Source of the DNA: Piedraia hortae CBS 480.64
Taxonomy: Eukaryota
Length of the DNA stretch: 64,000 nucleotides
Assembly: GCA_010093745.1 (NCBI GenBank)
Contig: MU005969.1
Span: forward strand, 1 to 64,000
Direction of reading: 5' to 3'
This document shows, in pieces, positions 34,711 to 47,835 of this stretch. Made by a program: the position numbers and the translations under genes. Within the stretch, counting starts at the first letter, position 1, and each line of letters starts with the position of its first letter. The notes under the pieces were generated by a model. It saw only the letters and a program-made list of their open reading frames with translations. It was not told where the DNA came from and ran no database searches.

Positions 34711-37539
34711 ATGCCCAGGTCCATCCGCTCTCATTACAGCGTGGCCTCCAGTCGTGGCGAGGACGAGAGGAACGAGCAAGACAACGAGGCCGAGGCTTCG
34801 CGCAACACCTACTTCAATGCGCTTCGGAGTCGTACCGCCCCGGCATCGCCCACGGAGAACAAGGCTCAGGGGCGCAGACGACCATCTGAGCTGGACCTAA
34901 GAGGCCGCCTGCCTGACCGTCTCGCCGTTGATGAACGAACCGGCCTGCTCCAAAGCTCTGATGCCCTACACAGCGGGTACAGGACGCTACCCCCAAGCGC
35001 AGTGGGAACTCCCCGGCCGGGACTCACCAGACATTCTAGCCATGTCAGCACTCGCACGCTACGAATGCGCACAACCCATAGCCGCCGCAGCTCCGTCGCC
35101 AGTAAAGTCGTCAGAGCCCTCGGCACGGATGCCAACCAGACCGACCCCAACGACGTGGATTCCATCAAACCATCAATGCTCCTGGATGATCGCGTCTGGT
35201 ACGATCAGTTCACATCCACCGACTGGGTGCGCGACAGCATCGCGGATGCCTACCGCGTCAAAAAGCTCCGGAGCCGTGGCGGCTTCAGAGGCCAAGCCTG
35301 GCTACTCTTCGACGCAGCTCAGGGCTGGATCATCGTAGCCATGATTGGCATCCTAACCGCTGGACTTGCCTACCTAATCGACATCACCGAGGAAACCATG
35401 TTCGACTACAAGACAGGCTACTGCAAAGACGGGTGGTGGAAGCATAAGAAAGCGTGTTGTCGGGGTACAAGTTCCTGTGACAACTGGGCTCCTTGGTCTC
35501 GATTTCTCGACCAACACGGCTCTGACGCCTGGTGGGCAAACTACTTTTCCTACATTGTCTGGGTCGTCGTTCTTTCCATTGCGGCCTGTCTCATCACACT
35601 GCAGACGAAGACTTCTGTTTCATCTGCGATTTCGCTTTCGACTCTGGATGAGAATCTTGGAGCGGAAAGCGGAGAGAATGGTGATAAACAGAGACTATCG
35701 AACCTTAGTCCTGGTCGGAGGTTTGAAGAGGCTGCACGGCGTCCCCCGGTGGTTTACTATCCCGCCGCAGGGAGCGGTGTGGCTGAGGTTAAGGTCATCC
35801 TGTCGGGTTTCGTCTTGCATGGTTATTTGGGTGTCAAGACGCTTTTTTGCAAGAGCGTGGGGCTGATTCTCAGCGTGGCCTCTGGGCTGTCGCTGGGAAA
35901 AGAGGGACCGTACGTGCACATTGCGACTTGCATTGGCAACATCTGCTGCCGCATGTTTGATAAGTATCGACTCAACGATGGAAAACGTCGTGAGGTGCTT
36001 TCTGCTGCCGCTGCAGCTGGTGTTGCGGTTGCGTTTGGAGCTCCTATTGGCGGTGTGCTATTCAGTTTGGAGGAAGTGAGCTACTACTTTCCTCCCAAGA
36101 CGCTTTTCCGCACATTCTTCTGCTGCATTGTGGCGGCTTTGTCGCTGAAGGCGTTGAATCCTTATAATACTGGAAAGATCGTGTTGTTCCAGGTGCGATA
36201 TTTGCTGGACTGGCAGTTTTTTGAGATTATTGCTTTTGTGTTGCTTGGGGTCCTGGGAGGACTCACGGGTGCAATGTTTATCAAAGCATCCGCGATATGG
36301 GCCAAGACGTTTCGGAAGATTAACGTGATCAAACGCTACCCGATTGCCGAGGTGGTTTTGGTGGCTATCGTGACTGGATTCGTCAGTTACTGGAACCGGT
36401 ACACTCGCCTTCCAGTGGCAGAGCTCTTGTTTGAGCTGGCTGCACCCTGTGATGCGTTCACATCAACCGGGTCCAGTCTCTGTCCGACTCGAGAGCGGAT
36501 TCCAGATATAATCCGGTATCTCGGCTCCGCGTTTGTGGTCAAGACACTACTTACGATTGTCACTTTTGGCATCAAATTGCCTGCGGGGATTTACGTGCCT
36601 ACCATGGTTATCGGTGGTCTGATGGGCCGCATCGTCGGTCATGGGGTACAATGGCTTACGCTGACCTACCCCGACTTTGGGCTCTTTGCAGACTGCCCAA
36701 AGGGAGGGTCGGAAGAATCATGCGTTGTGCCAGGAGTTTATGCCCTCGTGGCCGCCGGCGCAACCATGTGTGGCGTTACACGGCTTTCAGTCACACTGGC
36801 CGTAATCTTGTTCGAACTCACAGGCAGTCTGGACCATGTTCTACCCTTTTCCCTGGGCGTGCTGATCGCCAAGTGGACGGCAGACGCAGTCGAGCCAAAC
36901 AGCATCTATGACATGCTCACGGACATGAACTCTTATCCATTCTTGGACTACAAAGCACGACCAATCTTCACCACCGACCTGGGTGACCTAACACAAGCAC
37001 CCACCCGGAACCGATACATTGACATCTCAAGCTCACCGCTCGTGCCGGCCAAGGAACTCCGCGGCAAGCTGCAGTACCTGCACATGGCAGGCGAATTAGA
37101 CGGGGGTCTCCCCATCGTCCGCGATGGGATCCTCGTCGGCTTAATCCCTGCTCCCGATCTCGAATTCGCACTCGATAGAGTCGAAGACGAGGATCTAGCC
37201 TTGTGCGTCATGGATCCCCGCTCCAACACAAACCCAAACAACACCATGGAGCGCGAATTTCATGACGTGGAAGCCTCGGTCGGAGACCTTGCAGCCGACG
37301 TGCAGCGCCTCTTACATTCGACCTCATCCTCGTATGACGCAACCGACTTTACTCCCTACATTGACTCTTCACCCGTGTCACTCGACATTTCCAGCCCATT
37401 GGATCTCGTCTTTGAGATTTTCGTAAAACTTGGCTTGAGACATTTGTGTGTTTTGCGAGATGGACAATTCGCGGGAATGGTGCATAAGAAGGCGTTGGTT
37501 AGATATATTAAAGAAGTAGAATCGAAGGAGAGTGAGTAG
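34711..37539 (+). CDS. CLC family chloride channel/antiporter with C-terminal CBS domains
   Basis: GSGVAE, GKEGPYVH, GVAVAFGAPIGGVLFSLEE, PAGIYVP. Confidence 0.95.
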   Translation: MPRSIRSHYSVASSRGEDERNEQDNEAEASRNTYFNALRSRTAPASPTENKAQGRRRPSELDLRGRLPDRLAVDERTGLLQSSDALHSGYRTLPPSAVGTPRPGLTRHSSHVSTRTLRMRTTHSRRSSVASKVVRALGTDANQTDPNDVDSIKPSMLLDDRVWYDQFTSTDWVRDSIADAYRVKKLRSRGGFRGQAWLLFDAAQGWIIVAMIGILTAGLAYLIDITEETMFDYKTGYCKDGWWKHKKACCRGTSSCDNWAPWSRFLDQHGSDAWWANYFSYIVWVVVLSIAACLITLQTKTSVSSAISLSTLDENLGAESGENGDKQRLSNLSPGRRFEEAARRPPVVYYPAAGSGVAEVKVILSGFVLHGYLGVKTLFCKSVGLILSVASGLSLGKEGPYVHIATCIGNICCRMFDKYRLNDGKRREVLSAAAAAGVAVAFGAPIGGVLFSLEEVSYYFPPKTLFRTFFCCIVAALSLKALNPYNTGKIVLFQVRYLLDWQFFEIIAFVLLGVLGGLTGAMFIKASAIWAKTFRKINVIKRYPIAEVVLVAIVTGFVSYWNRYTRLPVAELLFELAAPCDAFTSTGSSLCPTRERIPDIIRYLGSAFVVKTLLTIVTFGIKLPAGIYVPTMVIGGLMGRIVGHGVQWLTLTYPDFGLFADCPKGGSEESCVVPGVYALVAAGATMCGVTRLSVTLAVILFELTGSLDHVLPFSLGVLIAKWTADAVEPNSIYDMLTDMNSYPFLDYKARPIFTTDLGDLTQAPTRNRYIDISSSPLVPAKELRGKLQYLHMAGELDGGLPIVRDGILVGLIPAPDLEFALDRVEDEDLALCVMDPRSNTNPNNTMEREFHDVEASVGDLAADVQRLLHSTSSSYDATDFTPYIDSSPVSLDISSPLDLVFEIFVKLGLRHLCVLRDGQFAGMVHKKALVRYIKEVESKESE

Positions 37540-37644
37540 GTTATTTTACGTCGTACTTGATTTGTGGCGTGCAGGATCCACCTCGCCCATCCTTTTCACC
37601 CCCTCTTTCCCCCATCTCTCCATCAATCCATCACACCCGTGAAG

Positions 37645-38203
37645 ATGTCCGCCCTCCCAGAAAACTACGGGTGCGCCTCCTTCTTCCCTTTCCCCCCCTT
37701 TAACCCTCCCCACTAACCCAGCGATAGCTTCGTGATCCTCACAATCGTAGCCTCATTCTTCGTCTGCTCCCCTTTAACCCTCCCCCAACCCCCCTAACAG
37801 AATCTAGCTCTCGGCATGGCACAGCTTCCGCTGCACGCCCTTCCGCAAACGTGCTGGGATCCCCTACCCGAAATCCTTCGCGGATAGCAACGATTTCGCT
37901 ACGGCTAACAACGAAAAGAAACAAGCCCTCTACCTCTTCAACTGCGCTCAACGCGCCCAGGGAAATTGGCAGGAAAATCATCCCTCCGTGGCGCTCGCGG
38001 TGCTCATTGCTGGGTTGAGGTACCCTGTTACGGCGAGTGTTATGGGACTCGGGTGGATGGTTAATAGGGTTGTTTATGCGGTGGGGTATACGAATAAGGA
38101 GCAGAAGGAGGGGAGGGGGAGATTGAGGGGGAGTGCCGGGTGGTTTGTCCAGTTGGGGTTGTTTTTGTTGGCGGGATGGACGGGGGTGGGGATGGTTATG
38201 TAG
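37645..38203 (+). CDS. MAPEG family microsomal glutathione S-transferase (MGST3-like), 3 exons
   Basis: Spliced product MSALPENYG...RKRAGIPYP...FNCAQRAQGNWQENHP...RVVYAVGY. Confidence 0.85.
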
Positions 38204-38510
38204 GGAGGGTAGCTGTGATGGGGGGGCTTTGAGAATGGGGAGACCTTGGGGGGTTACCTATGATGTGATATTGTTTGTCCTCAGATTAGCTCTCTACCGT
38301 TCTCAGCGCCAACCACGCTAGGCTGGCTGCGAATTTGGCTAAGTATCGTCATGGGACAACTCTCGGATCTCTGTTCAAGCGGGTCATTGCATAACTCTGC
38401 TCGGTGAGGTTTTCGTCTTGGAGTTGGGAGAGAAGGTGAAATGCTTCGCGGAGGAAAAAGTTCGGGCAAATTCCGCTACATCCCAACACTCCCTCTAATA
38501 TAGTTACATT

Positions 38511-39934
38511 TCAGCTGCCATTAGTAGATTGACGGTAGTCTGGTTTACTTTCGTCATCGTCACTCATCAAGCCCTCGAGTTCGAATTCTTGTTCGTCGTG
38601 GGAATGTCGCCCGTTTAATAGTGTGCGGCTTTCGGGTTTTGCCTTTCCCGGTGACGGGACACTGCATTTGGAGTAGAGGTGGAGGAGGATTAGTACAACT
38701 GATGGTCATGTTGGTACGGTTCAGATGGTTGGAGGAGTGACTTACAGAAAAAGAGCAAAAAGGCGATGCTGTATAAGATAAGAATGTAGCTGACATGGGT
38801 GACGCCAGCGTTGGAGAGAAATGCCATTTGCTCTTCTGTAGCGCCCATGAAGAGGAACCCAGAGGCATATAAGAGAAAAGGGGGGAGGTATTGGAAGCTG
38901 TTGATTTCGCTGTCGATGTCGTTTGGGTTGATGGGAACGACGCGGTCTTTGAGGACGAAACTGATCTCGATGATTCGAGCTAGGCCACCCGCCATGAGGG
39001 TGTAGCCAAAGATGGTGTGGACGTGTGTGCTGAGAGCGAGGGATTGTGGATGGCCGCCCATACCCCAGCCGGTTAAAAGAATGACAATTGCGGGAACGAG
39101 GTTCCGCTTCGGTCGTCCTTGACGGTCACTCGATAGCCAGATGCCGACCAGACCGGCTGCCCACCAGATGATCCCCATGGATGTGTGTTGGAGGTCGTTC
39201 TTGACCCACGCCGTGCCCCAGCGGTGTTCTGTGAACGTGTTGACCACCCCCCATGCAGTGATGATGGAGCTGTCGAAGAATTCCTGGCTGCGGCCCTTCT
39301 TGGCCAGCCAATTCTGGCCGCAGAGTAGTAGTATGGTCATGACGATGCCGTAGGCAATGAAAGCGCTGCCCATGATAAAGTGCGCCAGACACTGACCCAG
39401 ATGGTCGCCCTGGCAGTAACCTTGGCTGGCAATTCCGCCGAGTAGCATCTGCGTCCAGGCGGCGACTGGCAGAAAGCAGCCCAACACGCCGTGAATTTTG
39501 ACCCCCGCCTTCCTGACGTGGCCGAGCCAGCCCTTCTCGATGTGCATCTTCAAGTACACGCCCAACACCGCCTGCGCCAGCCACAACAGCATCAGCAAAT
39601 TCGCAAACTTGGCATGCGCGTTCGGTCCAAACTGTCGTCCTCTATGCGCATGGCCCAGGAAGTATCCGACTATGGCGATACACGAGCCCAGGATCTGTAC
39701 GGGAACGTGCCAGCGACTGCGGACGAGACCAAGCACCATTCCAGAAGGGAACAGAATCGCCCATGCGAGGATCTGAAGCAGAATGTGTATCCATAGGGTC
39801 GTGTCCAGTGGTTCGTGGCTGACGGCTTCTCCTTCGGCCACATGTTCATGACCGCCATGGGCTAAGGCAAAGGACGCATAGGCGACGAGAATGAGTGCTG
39901 CAAGCAACGGCCGAGTGCGAAACGTCGCCGCCAT
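38511..39934 (-). CDS. YTP1-like polytopic membrane protein; intron 38699-38745
   Basis: Signal peptide followed by AHGGHEH, LGQCLAHFIMGSAFIAYG, DLQHTSMG and GFLFMGATEEQ. The last exon encodes EFELEGLMSDDD. Confidence 0.85.
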
Positions 39935-40079
39935 CTCAAGACTGCTGAAGCGACCGATGATGCGCGTCTCAGCTGCGAACCAGGGTTCACGCTAGAGCTG
40001 TCAGGGTTATCTACTGTAACACACGGTAACAAATCACTCTGCCCCCAAGAGCTCGCCTTGAACGTTTCAGAGCAGGCAA

Positions 40080-40508
40080 ATGGAAGGGAACAGTACAAAT
40101 GGGACAGAAAACCCACAAAAGGCACCGAGTTTCGGCAACAATGGCGATTCAAAGTCACGCATGGATGCACTGCTCGCGAAGCAAACAAAACTAGAAGATA
40201 CTCTCTTCGACCTCAAGTCTCAGCAAGCCGGGCTTGTGGCTCAAGTAAAAGGACTGCTAGGGATGGATTTATCTCAAGATAGTTCTGTAGAAGATGAAGT
40301 TGTGGAAAGGGCAAATGCTGTCATCAAAGATCACATTGCTCGACTGAAAAAGTGTAAGAAAGCCTGCTCGTTATGTATACTGCAAAGTTGACCAAGTGCA
40401 GACAACGAGATCAAGGACATTGCTCAAGGCCTGATAGGCTTGATCGCGGAGCAGCGCGGAGTAAGGATTGCAGATGTGATGGCCGACTTTGACTTTGAAG
40501 CGGACTAG
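40080..40508 (+). CDS. Swi5/Sae3 family recombination mediator; intron 40354-40401
   Basis: Spliced product HIARLKKYNEIKDIAQGLIGLIAEQRG matches the family core. Confidence 0.85.
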
Positions 40509-40725
40509 ATAGACGAATATGACGACGGAGACGAGCAATCTCTGTGAATTAGCATCTGCTTGCTGTAAACGTGCGTGAAGCGGCAGTTTGGAGTGGTTTG
40601 CCAAGAGTTGGTGCCTGAGGCATGATCCATGACATGGGCCTTGGCACACGTCCAATATCGGCCAACCCACTACCACACACCACACCACAATCGTGCAATC
40701 AGTGGGCACCACATTTGTCGACAGT

Positions 40726-41206
40726 ATGGGTTCCGAAAAGACCGCGAGTGGCCATCGCCTTTACGTCAAGTACGTTTGCCATTCTCGTCGCCGCCATCCT
40801 GTGGTCGATGCAAGCGCGGGGTTTCTCTGAAGAAAAAAAGATGTTAACAGTTCCGTAGGGGCAAGCACGTCTCGTACCAGCGCGGCAAGCGCAACACGAA
40901 CCCGGGAACGTCCCTCCTTCTCATTGAAGGCGTACACGACCGCAAAGACACTGCATTCTATCTCGGAAAGCGCGTGGCCTACGTTTACCGGGCTAAGAAG
41001 GAGATTAGAGGGACGAAGATCCGAGTAATCTGGGGCAAGATCACGAGGCCGCATGGTACGTTGGATGGGAAACGGCGACGTTCTGGACAGATTTTAACGG
41101 TGTTGCAGGTAACGCCGGCATGGTGAGGGCGCAGTTCAAGCACAACTTGCCGCCCAAGAGTTTCGGAGGAATGGTTCGCATCATGCTATACCCAAGCGCG
41201 ATATGA
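40726..41206 (+). CDS. RPL33: 60S ribosomal protein eL33 (L35Ae); introns 40770-40858 and 41056-41108
   Basis: [17 protein letters not shown]...[13 protein letters not shown]...[14 protein letters not shown]...VRIMLYPS. Confidence 0.95.
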
Positions 41207-41952
41207 TGATGAGGGGATTCGGTTGCTCGAATGTGTCAAGCGAGGCGGCCTGAGTTCGCGCGGTCCTGCGCGGCAAAAGAGTAATGGCTTTTCGCATCCT
41301 GCAGCCTTTCCTGTATGCCAAATCCAGTCAAACCGATTACAGTTGTGCAGTGTATTGCAGTGCTACTTTTACGCTTTCAACGATGCACCTTGGAGAAGAA
41401 GTATCATTACTGACGGCAGCAGGGGCGGCCTTGACATCTACGGACGCACTGGACGGGAAGGAATTGATGCAGCACAGAGAGACAGTGATCCCTCGACTGC
41501 TACGTTGACACTGCCCATCATCCACCTAAGCTGCCAATGACAGCTCATGACGATCTGAACAAAGCTCGACAAGGCACCTTCCAAAATATTATCATTCCTC
41601 CATACCCAGCGCAATGCATTGGGACATACTCCCTGCAGCTAGGTAAGGCGCATTTCCTTGCTGTCGTCCCTCACGTTTACGCCAAAGAGCTCTCACAGCC
41701 GCTAGCACTATTTAGGCTGACGGATGCAGCTAGCCGAATCGGGACTAGCTTAGCCTGTGTGACATCCGTTGTCGTGGCTGACGGGTGACGTGGCGATGGA
41801 GGCCGCCAGGCTAGTCTGAGTCTCTCGTTATCTGTTTTGATCCTTTTGCCTCTGTTCATTTGGCCTGGTCATTACAGCGCACGGGTCCTGGCTTGATCCT
41901 TGCATAGAGACCACTAACCGGGGTTCGTCGATCAGTCTGAAATTATTGCACC

Positions 41953-44900
41953 ATGTCGCATGCATTGGAAAGCGAGAAGCAACTACGGGACGATTCCAGC
42001 AGCAAAGATGTGCAAAGAAGTAAACAAGATGGGGAAATCGCAACAGAAAAGGCGGCGTTGGCTGCATCTCCCCAACCAGTTGTGCAACCAATGGCTCGTT
42101 CCAGCACAGTAGATGCGCCTCCGCCCAAGGAGGAAAAGGAGGAGGAAGCAGATCCCTTTCAACACTTACCGGCGCACGAGGCCGAAGTGCTGAAGAGACA
42201 AGTGGATGCGCCAACGTCGAAGCTGGGATACAAAGATCTGTACCGATATGCCACACGCAATGACATCCTCATCATGTTACTCAGCACAATATGCGCTATT
42301 GCCGGCGGGGCGGCGATGCCTCTGATGACTGTCGTTTTTGGTTCCTTGGCTGGAACGTTTCAGGGCTTCTTCCTAGGCAGGACGACGGGCTCCGCCTTCG
42401 AAAGCGAGATAGCAAGATTGACCTTGTACTTTGTATATCTCGGCATTGGAGAGTTTGTAACCATATACGTTGCAACGGCGGGGTTCCTCTATACCGGCGA
42501 GCACATCGCTTCAAAGGTCAGAGAGCAATATCTCAAAAGCCTTCTGCGGCAGAACATGGGCTATTTCGACAAGTTGGGTGCTGGCGAGATCACAACCCGA
42601 ATCACTTCCGATACAAACCTGATCCAGAATGGCATCTCGGAAAAGGTCACACTGGCGATCACGGCGGCTGCTACATTCATTGCGGCGTACGTTATCGGGT
42701 ATATCAAGTATTGGAAGCTCACCTTGATCTTGACCTCGACTATTGTGGCCATCTTCCTTACCATGGGCGCCATTGGCAGCTTCATTGTCAAGTACAACAA
42801 GAAATCTCTGGCTGCCTATGCACAGGGCGGAACGGTAGCAGAAGAGGTCATCAGCTCCATCCGAAACGCCGTCGCTTTTGGAACTCAAGACAAACTTGCT
42901 CGCGAATACGACAAACACCTCACTGAGGCTGAGAAGCCCGGATCGATCGCCAAGATGATCCAAGGCTCAATGTTTGGTCCCTTGATGTGCTATAGCTATC
43001 TCACCAATGCCCTTGCGTTCTGGCTAGGTGCTCGATACATGTCTAACGGTGAAGCCTCACTTTCTGATGTCTTGGCCATAGTCCTTTCCATCATGATTGG
43101 CGCCTTTGCTCTTGGTAATATCGCTCCCAGCGTGGGCGCTTTCACCACGGCAGTAGCGGCAGCAAGCAAGATTTATGCGACGATTGATCGTAAATCCCCT
43201 CTTGATCCCGAGTCGACGGAGGGAATGAAGCCAGATCGCATGGAAGGGGTTGTGGAGCTACGGAATGTCAGACACATCTACCCGAGCAGACCAGAGGTTG
43301 TGGTCATGGAAAATGCCAATCTGGTCGTTCCCGCAGGCAAAACTACAGCTCTCGTGGGTGCGTCTGGATCTGGTAAATCGACTATTATTGGACTGGTGGA
43401 GAGGTTTTACGAACCAGTAGGCGGCCAGATTTTGATAGATGGACACGATATTCAAAGCCTGAATCTAAGGTGGCTGCGTCAGAATATCAGCCTGGTGTCG
43501 CAGGAACCAACCCTGTTTGCCACAACGATTGCTAATAACATCCGATATGGCTTGATTGGGACAGACCAGGAGAACTTGGCAGAGAAAGAGACGCAGGAGT
43601 TGGTGGAGAATGCTGCCAAAATGGCCAATGCCCATGACTTTATCGCCAATCTCCCAGAAGGCTATCAAACCAATGTTGGTGAGCGTGGCTTCTTGCTGAG
43701 CGGTGGACAGAAGCAGCGCATAGCCATTGCCAGGGCTGTTATCAGCAATCCTCGCATCCTCCTCCTTGATGAAGCTACATCTGCACTGGATACAAAGAGT
43801 GAAGGAGTTGTTCAACAGGCATTGGACAAGGCCGCCCAGGGCCGTACTACTATAACCATTGCACATCGGTTGAGCACCATTAAGGATGCGGATAAGATTG
43901 TTGTCATGTCGCAGGGTTGCATAGTAGAGGAGGGTAAGCATAACGAACTCCTGGAGAAGCGAGGGGCGTATTACAATCTTGTCATGGCACAAAGCCTTGC
44001 ACAGGAAACTGAAACCAAGCGTGAGGAGCCCGAAGAAGCTCAAGAGGCAGAGCTGGAAAAAGCCCCGACAGAAGTCGATGAGCCGGAAATCGGGCGGACC
44101 AAGACCCAGCAGTCTGCTTCGTCAAAAGTTTTGGCCGGCAAGGAAAAGACAAAGAACAAAAAAAAGTACTCGCTCTGGACACTGATCAAGTTTGTTGCAT
44201 ACTTCAATCGTCAAGAACTCCTGCTCATGCTGATCGCCACTTTTTTTTCCTTTATCAATGGGTCAGCCCAGCCAACCCAGTCAATCTTCTTCGCCAAGAC
44301 CATATCTGCCATGTCTCTGCCGCCTAGTCAGTATGGCAAGATGAGAAAAGACGTTGGGTTCTGGTCGTGGATGTATTTCATGCTTGCTTGGGTGCAGCTC
44401 AGCAGTACCGTAGTCCAAGGTGTGGTGTTTGCATATTGCAGCGAGCGACTGGTGCATCGGGCCAGATACATGTCCTTTCGCACCATTATGAGGCAAGATA
44501 TCCAATTCTTCGACCGCGAAGAGAACTCCTCTGGCGCTCTGACGTCTTTCCTGTCCACCGAGACAACCCATCTGTCTGGCATCAGCGGCGTCACGCTTGG
44601 TACAGTCCTGCAAGTGCTCAGCACTCTGATGGTCTCATACGTCTTGTCCCTGGCCATTGGCTGGAAACTTGCGCTGGTCTGCATCGCCACGGTCCCCGTC
44701 GTGCTTGGCTGTGGGTATTACCGGTTCTCGATGCTTACTCGTTTCCAAGACATGTCTAAAAAGGCGTATGAGGAATCGGCATCATATGCGTGCGAGGCTA
44801 GCTCAGCAATCCGCACTGTAGCCTCTCTCACTCGCGAAGGCGATGTATGGGATAATTACCACCAACAACTCGTCGGTCAGCAAAAGAAAAGCCTGAAAAG

Positions 44901-45707
44901 CGTCCTCCACTCCAGCACCCTCTACGCTGGATCTCAATCGCTCATGTTCTTCTGCATCGCCCTTGGATTCTGGTACGGCGGCACCTTAATCGGTAGCGGC
45001 GAATATTCCATGTTCCAATTCTTCCTCTGCTTCAACGCCGTCATTTTCGGCTCCCAATCAGCCGCCATCGTCTTCAGCTTTGCCTCCGACTTTTCCGCCG
45101 CGAGATCCGCAGCAGCAGACATGAAAACCCTCTTTGATTGCAAACCCGAAATAGACACTTGGAGCGCCGAAGGCGAAACCTTATCCCAAGTCCAAGGCAA
45201 CGTCGAATTCCGCGACGTCCATTTCCGATATCCAACCCGTCCCGAACAGCCCGTCCTCTGCGGCCTCAACTTTACCGTCAAAGCAGGCCAATACGTCGCA
45301 CTTGTCGGAGCATCAGGCTGTGGAAAAAGCACAACCATTGCCCTCCTCGAGCGCTTCTACGACCCCTTAGTAGGGGGAATTTTCATCGACGGCAAAGAAA
45401 TCAGCCGTCTAAACATTAACAATTACCGTTCTCATCTTGCCCTCGTCTCCCAAGAACCGACCCTCTATCAAGGCACAATCCGTGAGAACATCCTCTTAGG
45501 AGCAGACAAAAAACCCGAAGATGTCCCCGAAGAAGCCATCATCCAAGCCTGCAAAGACGCCAACATCTACGACTTTATCCTCTCCTTGCCAGAAGTAAAA
45601 CTTCCCCCTCCTCCCCACACTTCCGCTTAAAAAAAATAATTTAAAGAATACCCCCCAAACTAACCCTATGTATAGTCATTCGAAACCCTCGTAGGCAACA
45701 AGGGAGC
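41953..45707 (+). CDS. Full-size ABCB (MDR/P-glycoprotein-type) transporter; 3' end lies in the assembly gap; intron 45595-45675
   Basis: TMD-NBD-TMD-NBD layout with GASGSGKST, LSGGQKQRIAIARA, LLLDEATSALD and a second Walker A GASGCGKST. The exon after the intron reads SFETLVGNKGS up to the N run. Confidence 0.93.
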
Positions 45708-46373
45708 NNNNNNNNNNNNNNNNNNNNNNNNNNNNNNNNNNNNNNNNNNNNNNNNNNNNNNNNNNNNNNNNNNNNNNNNNNNNNNNNNNNNNNNNNNNNN
45801 NNNNNNNNNNNNNNNNNNNNNNNNNNNNNNNNNNNNNNNNNNNNNNNNNNNNNNNNNNNNNNNNNNNNNNNNNNNNNNNNNNNNNNNNNNNNNNNNNNNN
45901 NNNNNNNNNNNNNNNNNNNNNNNNNNNNNNNNNNNNNNNNNNNNNNNNNNNNNNNNNNNNNNNNNNNNNNNNNNNNNNNNNNNNNNNNNNNNNNNNNNNN
46001 NNNNNNNNNNNNNNNNNNNNNNNNNNNNNNNNNNNNNNNNNNNNNNNNNNNNNNNNNNNNNNNNNNNNNNNNNNNNNNNNNNNNNNNNNNNNNNNNNNNN
46101 NNNNNNNNNNNNNNNNNNNNNNNNNNNNNNNNNNNNNNNNNNNNNNNNNNNNNNNNNNNNNNNNNNNNNNNNNNNNNNNNNNNNNNNNNNNNNNNNNNNN
46201 NNNNNNNNNNNNNNNNNNNNNNNNNNNNNNNNNNNNNNNNNNNNNNNNNNNNNNNNNNNNNNNNNNNNNNNNNNNNNNNNNNNNNNNNNNNNNNNNNNNN
46301 NNNNNNNNNNNNNNNNNNNNNNNNNNNNNNNNNNNNNNNNNNNNNNNNNNNNNNNNNNNNNNNNNNNNNNNNN
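45708..46373. other. Assembly gap
   Basis: Run of N. Confidence 1.
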
Positions 46374-47835
46374 GTGTGTTCCCGTTTCGTTTTAGGGAGC
46401 CAGGATTGTATTAGGGAGGGGAGAGCCCCTCTCTGGGGATTCACCGTCCATGTGAGTAGCGGTCTCTTGCTACACTCTTACGTAGTGGTGGGCAACCGTG
46501 TTCGATTTCTGGGGAGGGATATCTCGTTCGATGAGACGAGGTTCTGGGTTGGTTCTCGAATCATGGCTTTCTCATTGCCAAGATATTCACGTTTGAAATG
46601 ATCTGATAAGGCGGTCAGGATGGTATGTCTATAAGTATTGATTCTCTATTTACAGCGGGAAGTACCGCGGCGGGTTGCTCTGTGAATTTTTTCAGCACCT
46701 ATTCTCATTATTCTGATTTGAGTTTCCTCCGGGTCTTGTAATTGGTTTGCACTCATGAAAGACCACAAGTGAGATACGGGGGTTAGTTTATCGATGGGAG
46801 ATATATGTAGGGTCGAGTTTCCCTTTGGGTGTTTGAGCCGAAAATCAACGTGTGGATCACTCGTAACGAGGGAAGGGATGTCTATTTCTCATCACAGATG
46901 AAAATTTCATTTGCAATGTGTTGGGATTTGATTCTCCACGTATGGATGACTTCCATACCGGGTGAATGTCATTTGGGCGATACAATATAGATAGTCGAGA
47001 TCATCCATTTTGATCTCATGAAGAGGAAATGTACACTGTCCCGCTAACCTACTCGGAAGTATACCTAGCCCCTTTTCCAAGCGAATGGCCCTTCCCACCC
47101 GCATGAGGCCCTCACTCATGTAGTGTAATCTCAATGAATTCCCATAGCCCTCGGTGCAACAAAGCAAATGCTTCACTGGGGACGCTCAGGCTGAATCTTA
47201 ATCTTGACGCAACAGGTATTCATTCATCTCTGGAACTTTCCACCAGACCTCGAAGATTCATGCACAAGAAACCCCATAGCTCGACAAACCCATGCATTCT
47301 AATGCGTGTAAAAGAAAAGTGCCGGACAAATGAAGGTTATGCAAAGCATCTCAACAGTCATAATCCAGAAGACAGGACGGCCGCATCACCTTGCAAATTC
47401 GGTGGCATCGTGAGCGAGAATGTTGTTGAGGAAAGCCCTCCACTTTCCGATGCGGACGTCAAAGCACTGAGCAAGACATGCTGCCTTATGAGGCAGGGAT
47501 ATGGCCCAAAAGGATGGGAGTTTTCTCAACTCATCCACAAAGTTTTCTTGACTTAGTTATTGTAAATCAAAACACTTAGGTCACGCTGCAAGTGTCCATG
47601 TTATAGGAAGAAAAATTATCCATCGCTTGGTCACTTTCCAAAGTGTCTAGGAGGGGTACACGATTTTTCATAGCGATTGAAAAGCCCCAGAAGCAGAAAC
47701 ATAGGAGAACGAAGCACTTTAGCATTAAGGCCTCATCCCCCAAGGTAGCAATAACAAAAAAATAGGTGATAAACTAGCATACAACTCCCACAAACCCATA
47801 GAATGACAACCAGCCGTACAGCTCACTTAGGAGAC

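Noticed and set aside
41953..45707. Truncated MDR pseudogene or secondary-metabolite cluster
   Set aside because: The apparent stop lies in an intron and the rest of the gene falls in the gap. No PKS, NRPS or tailoring genes are nearby.
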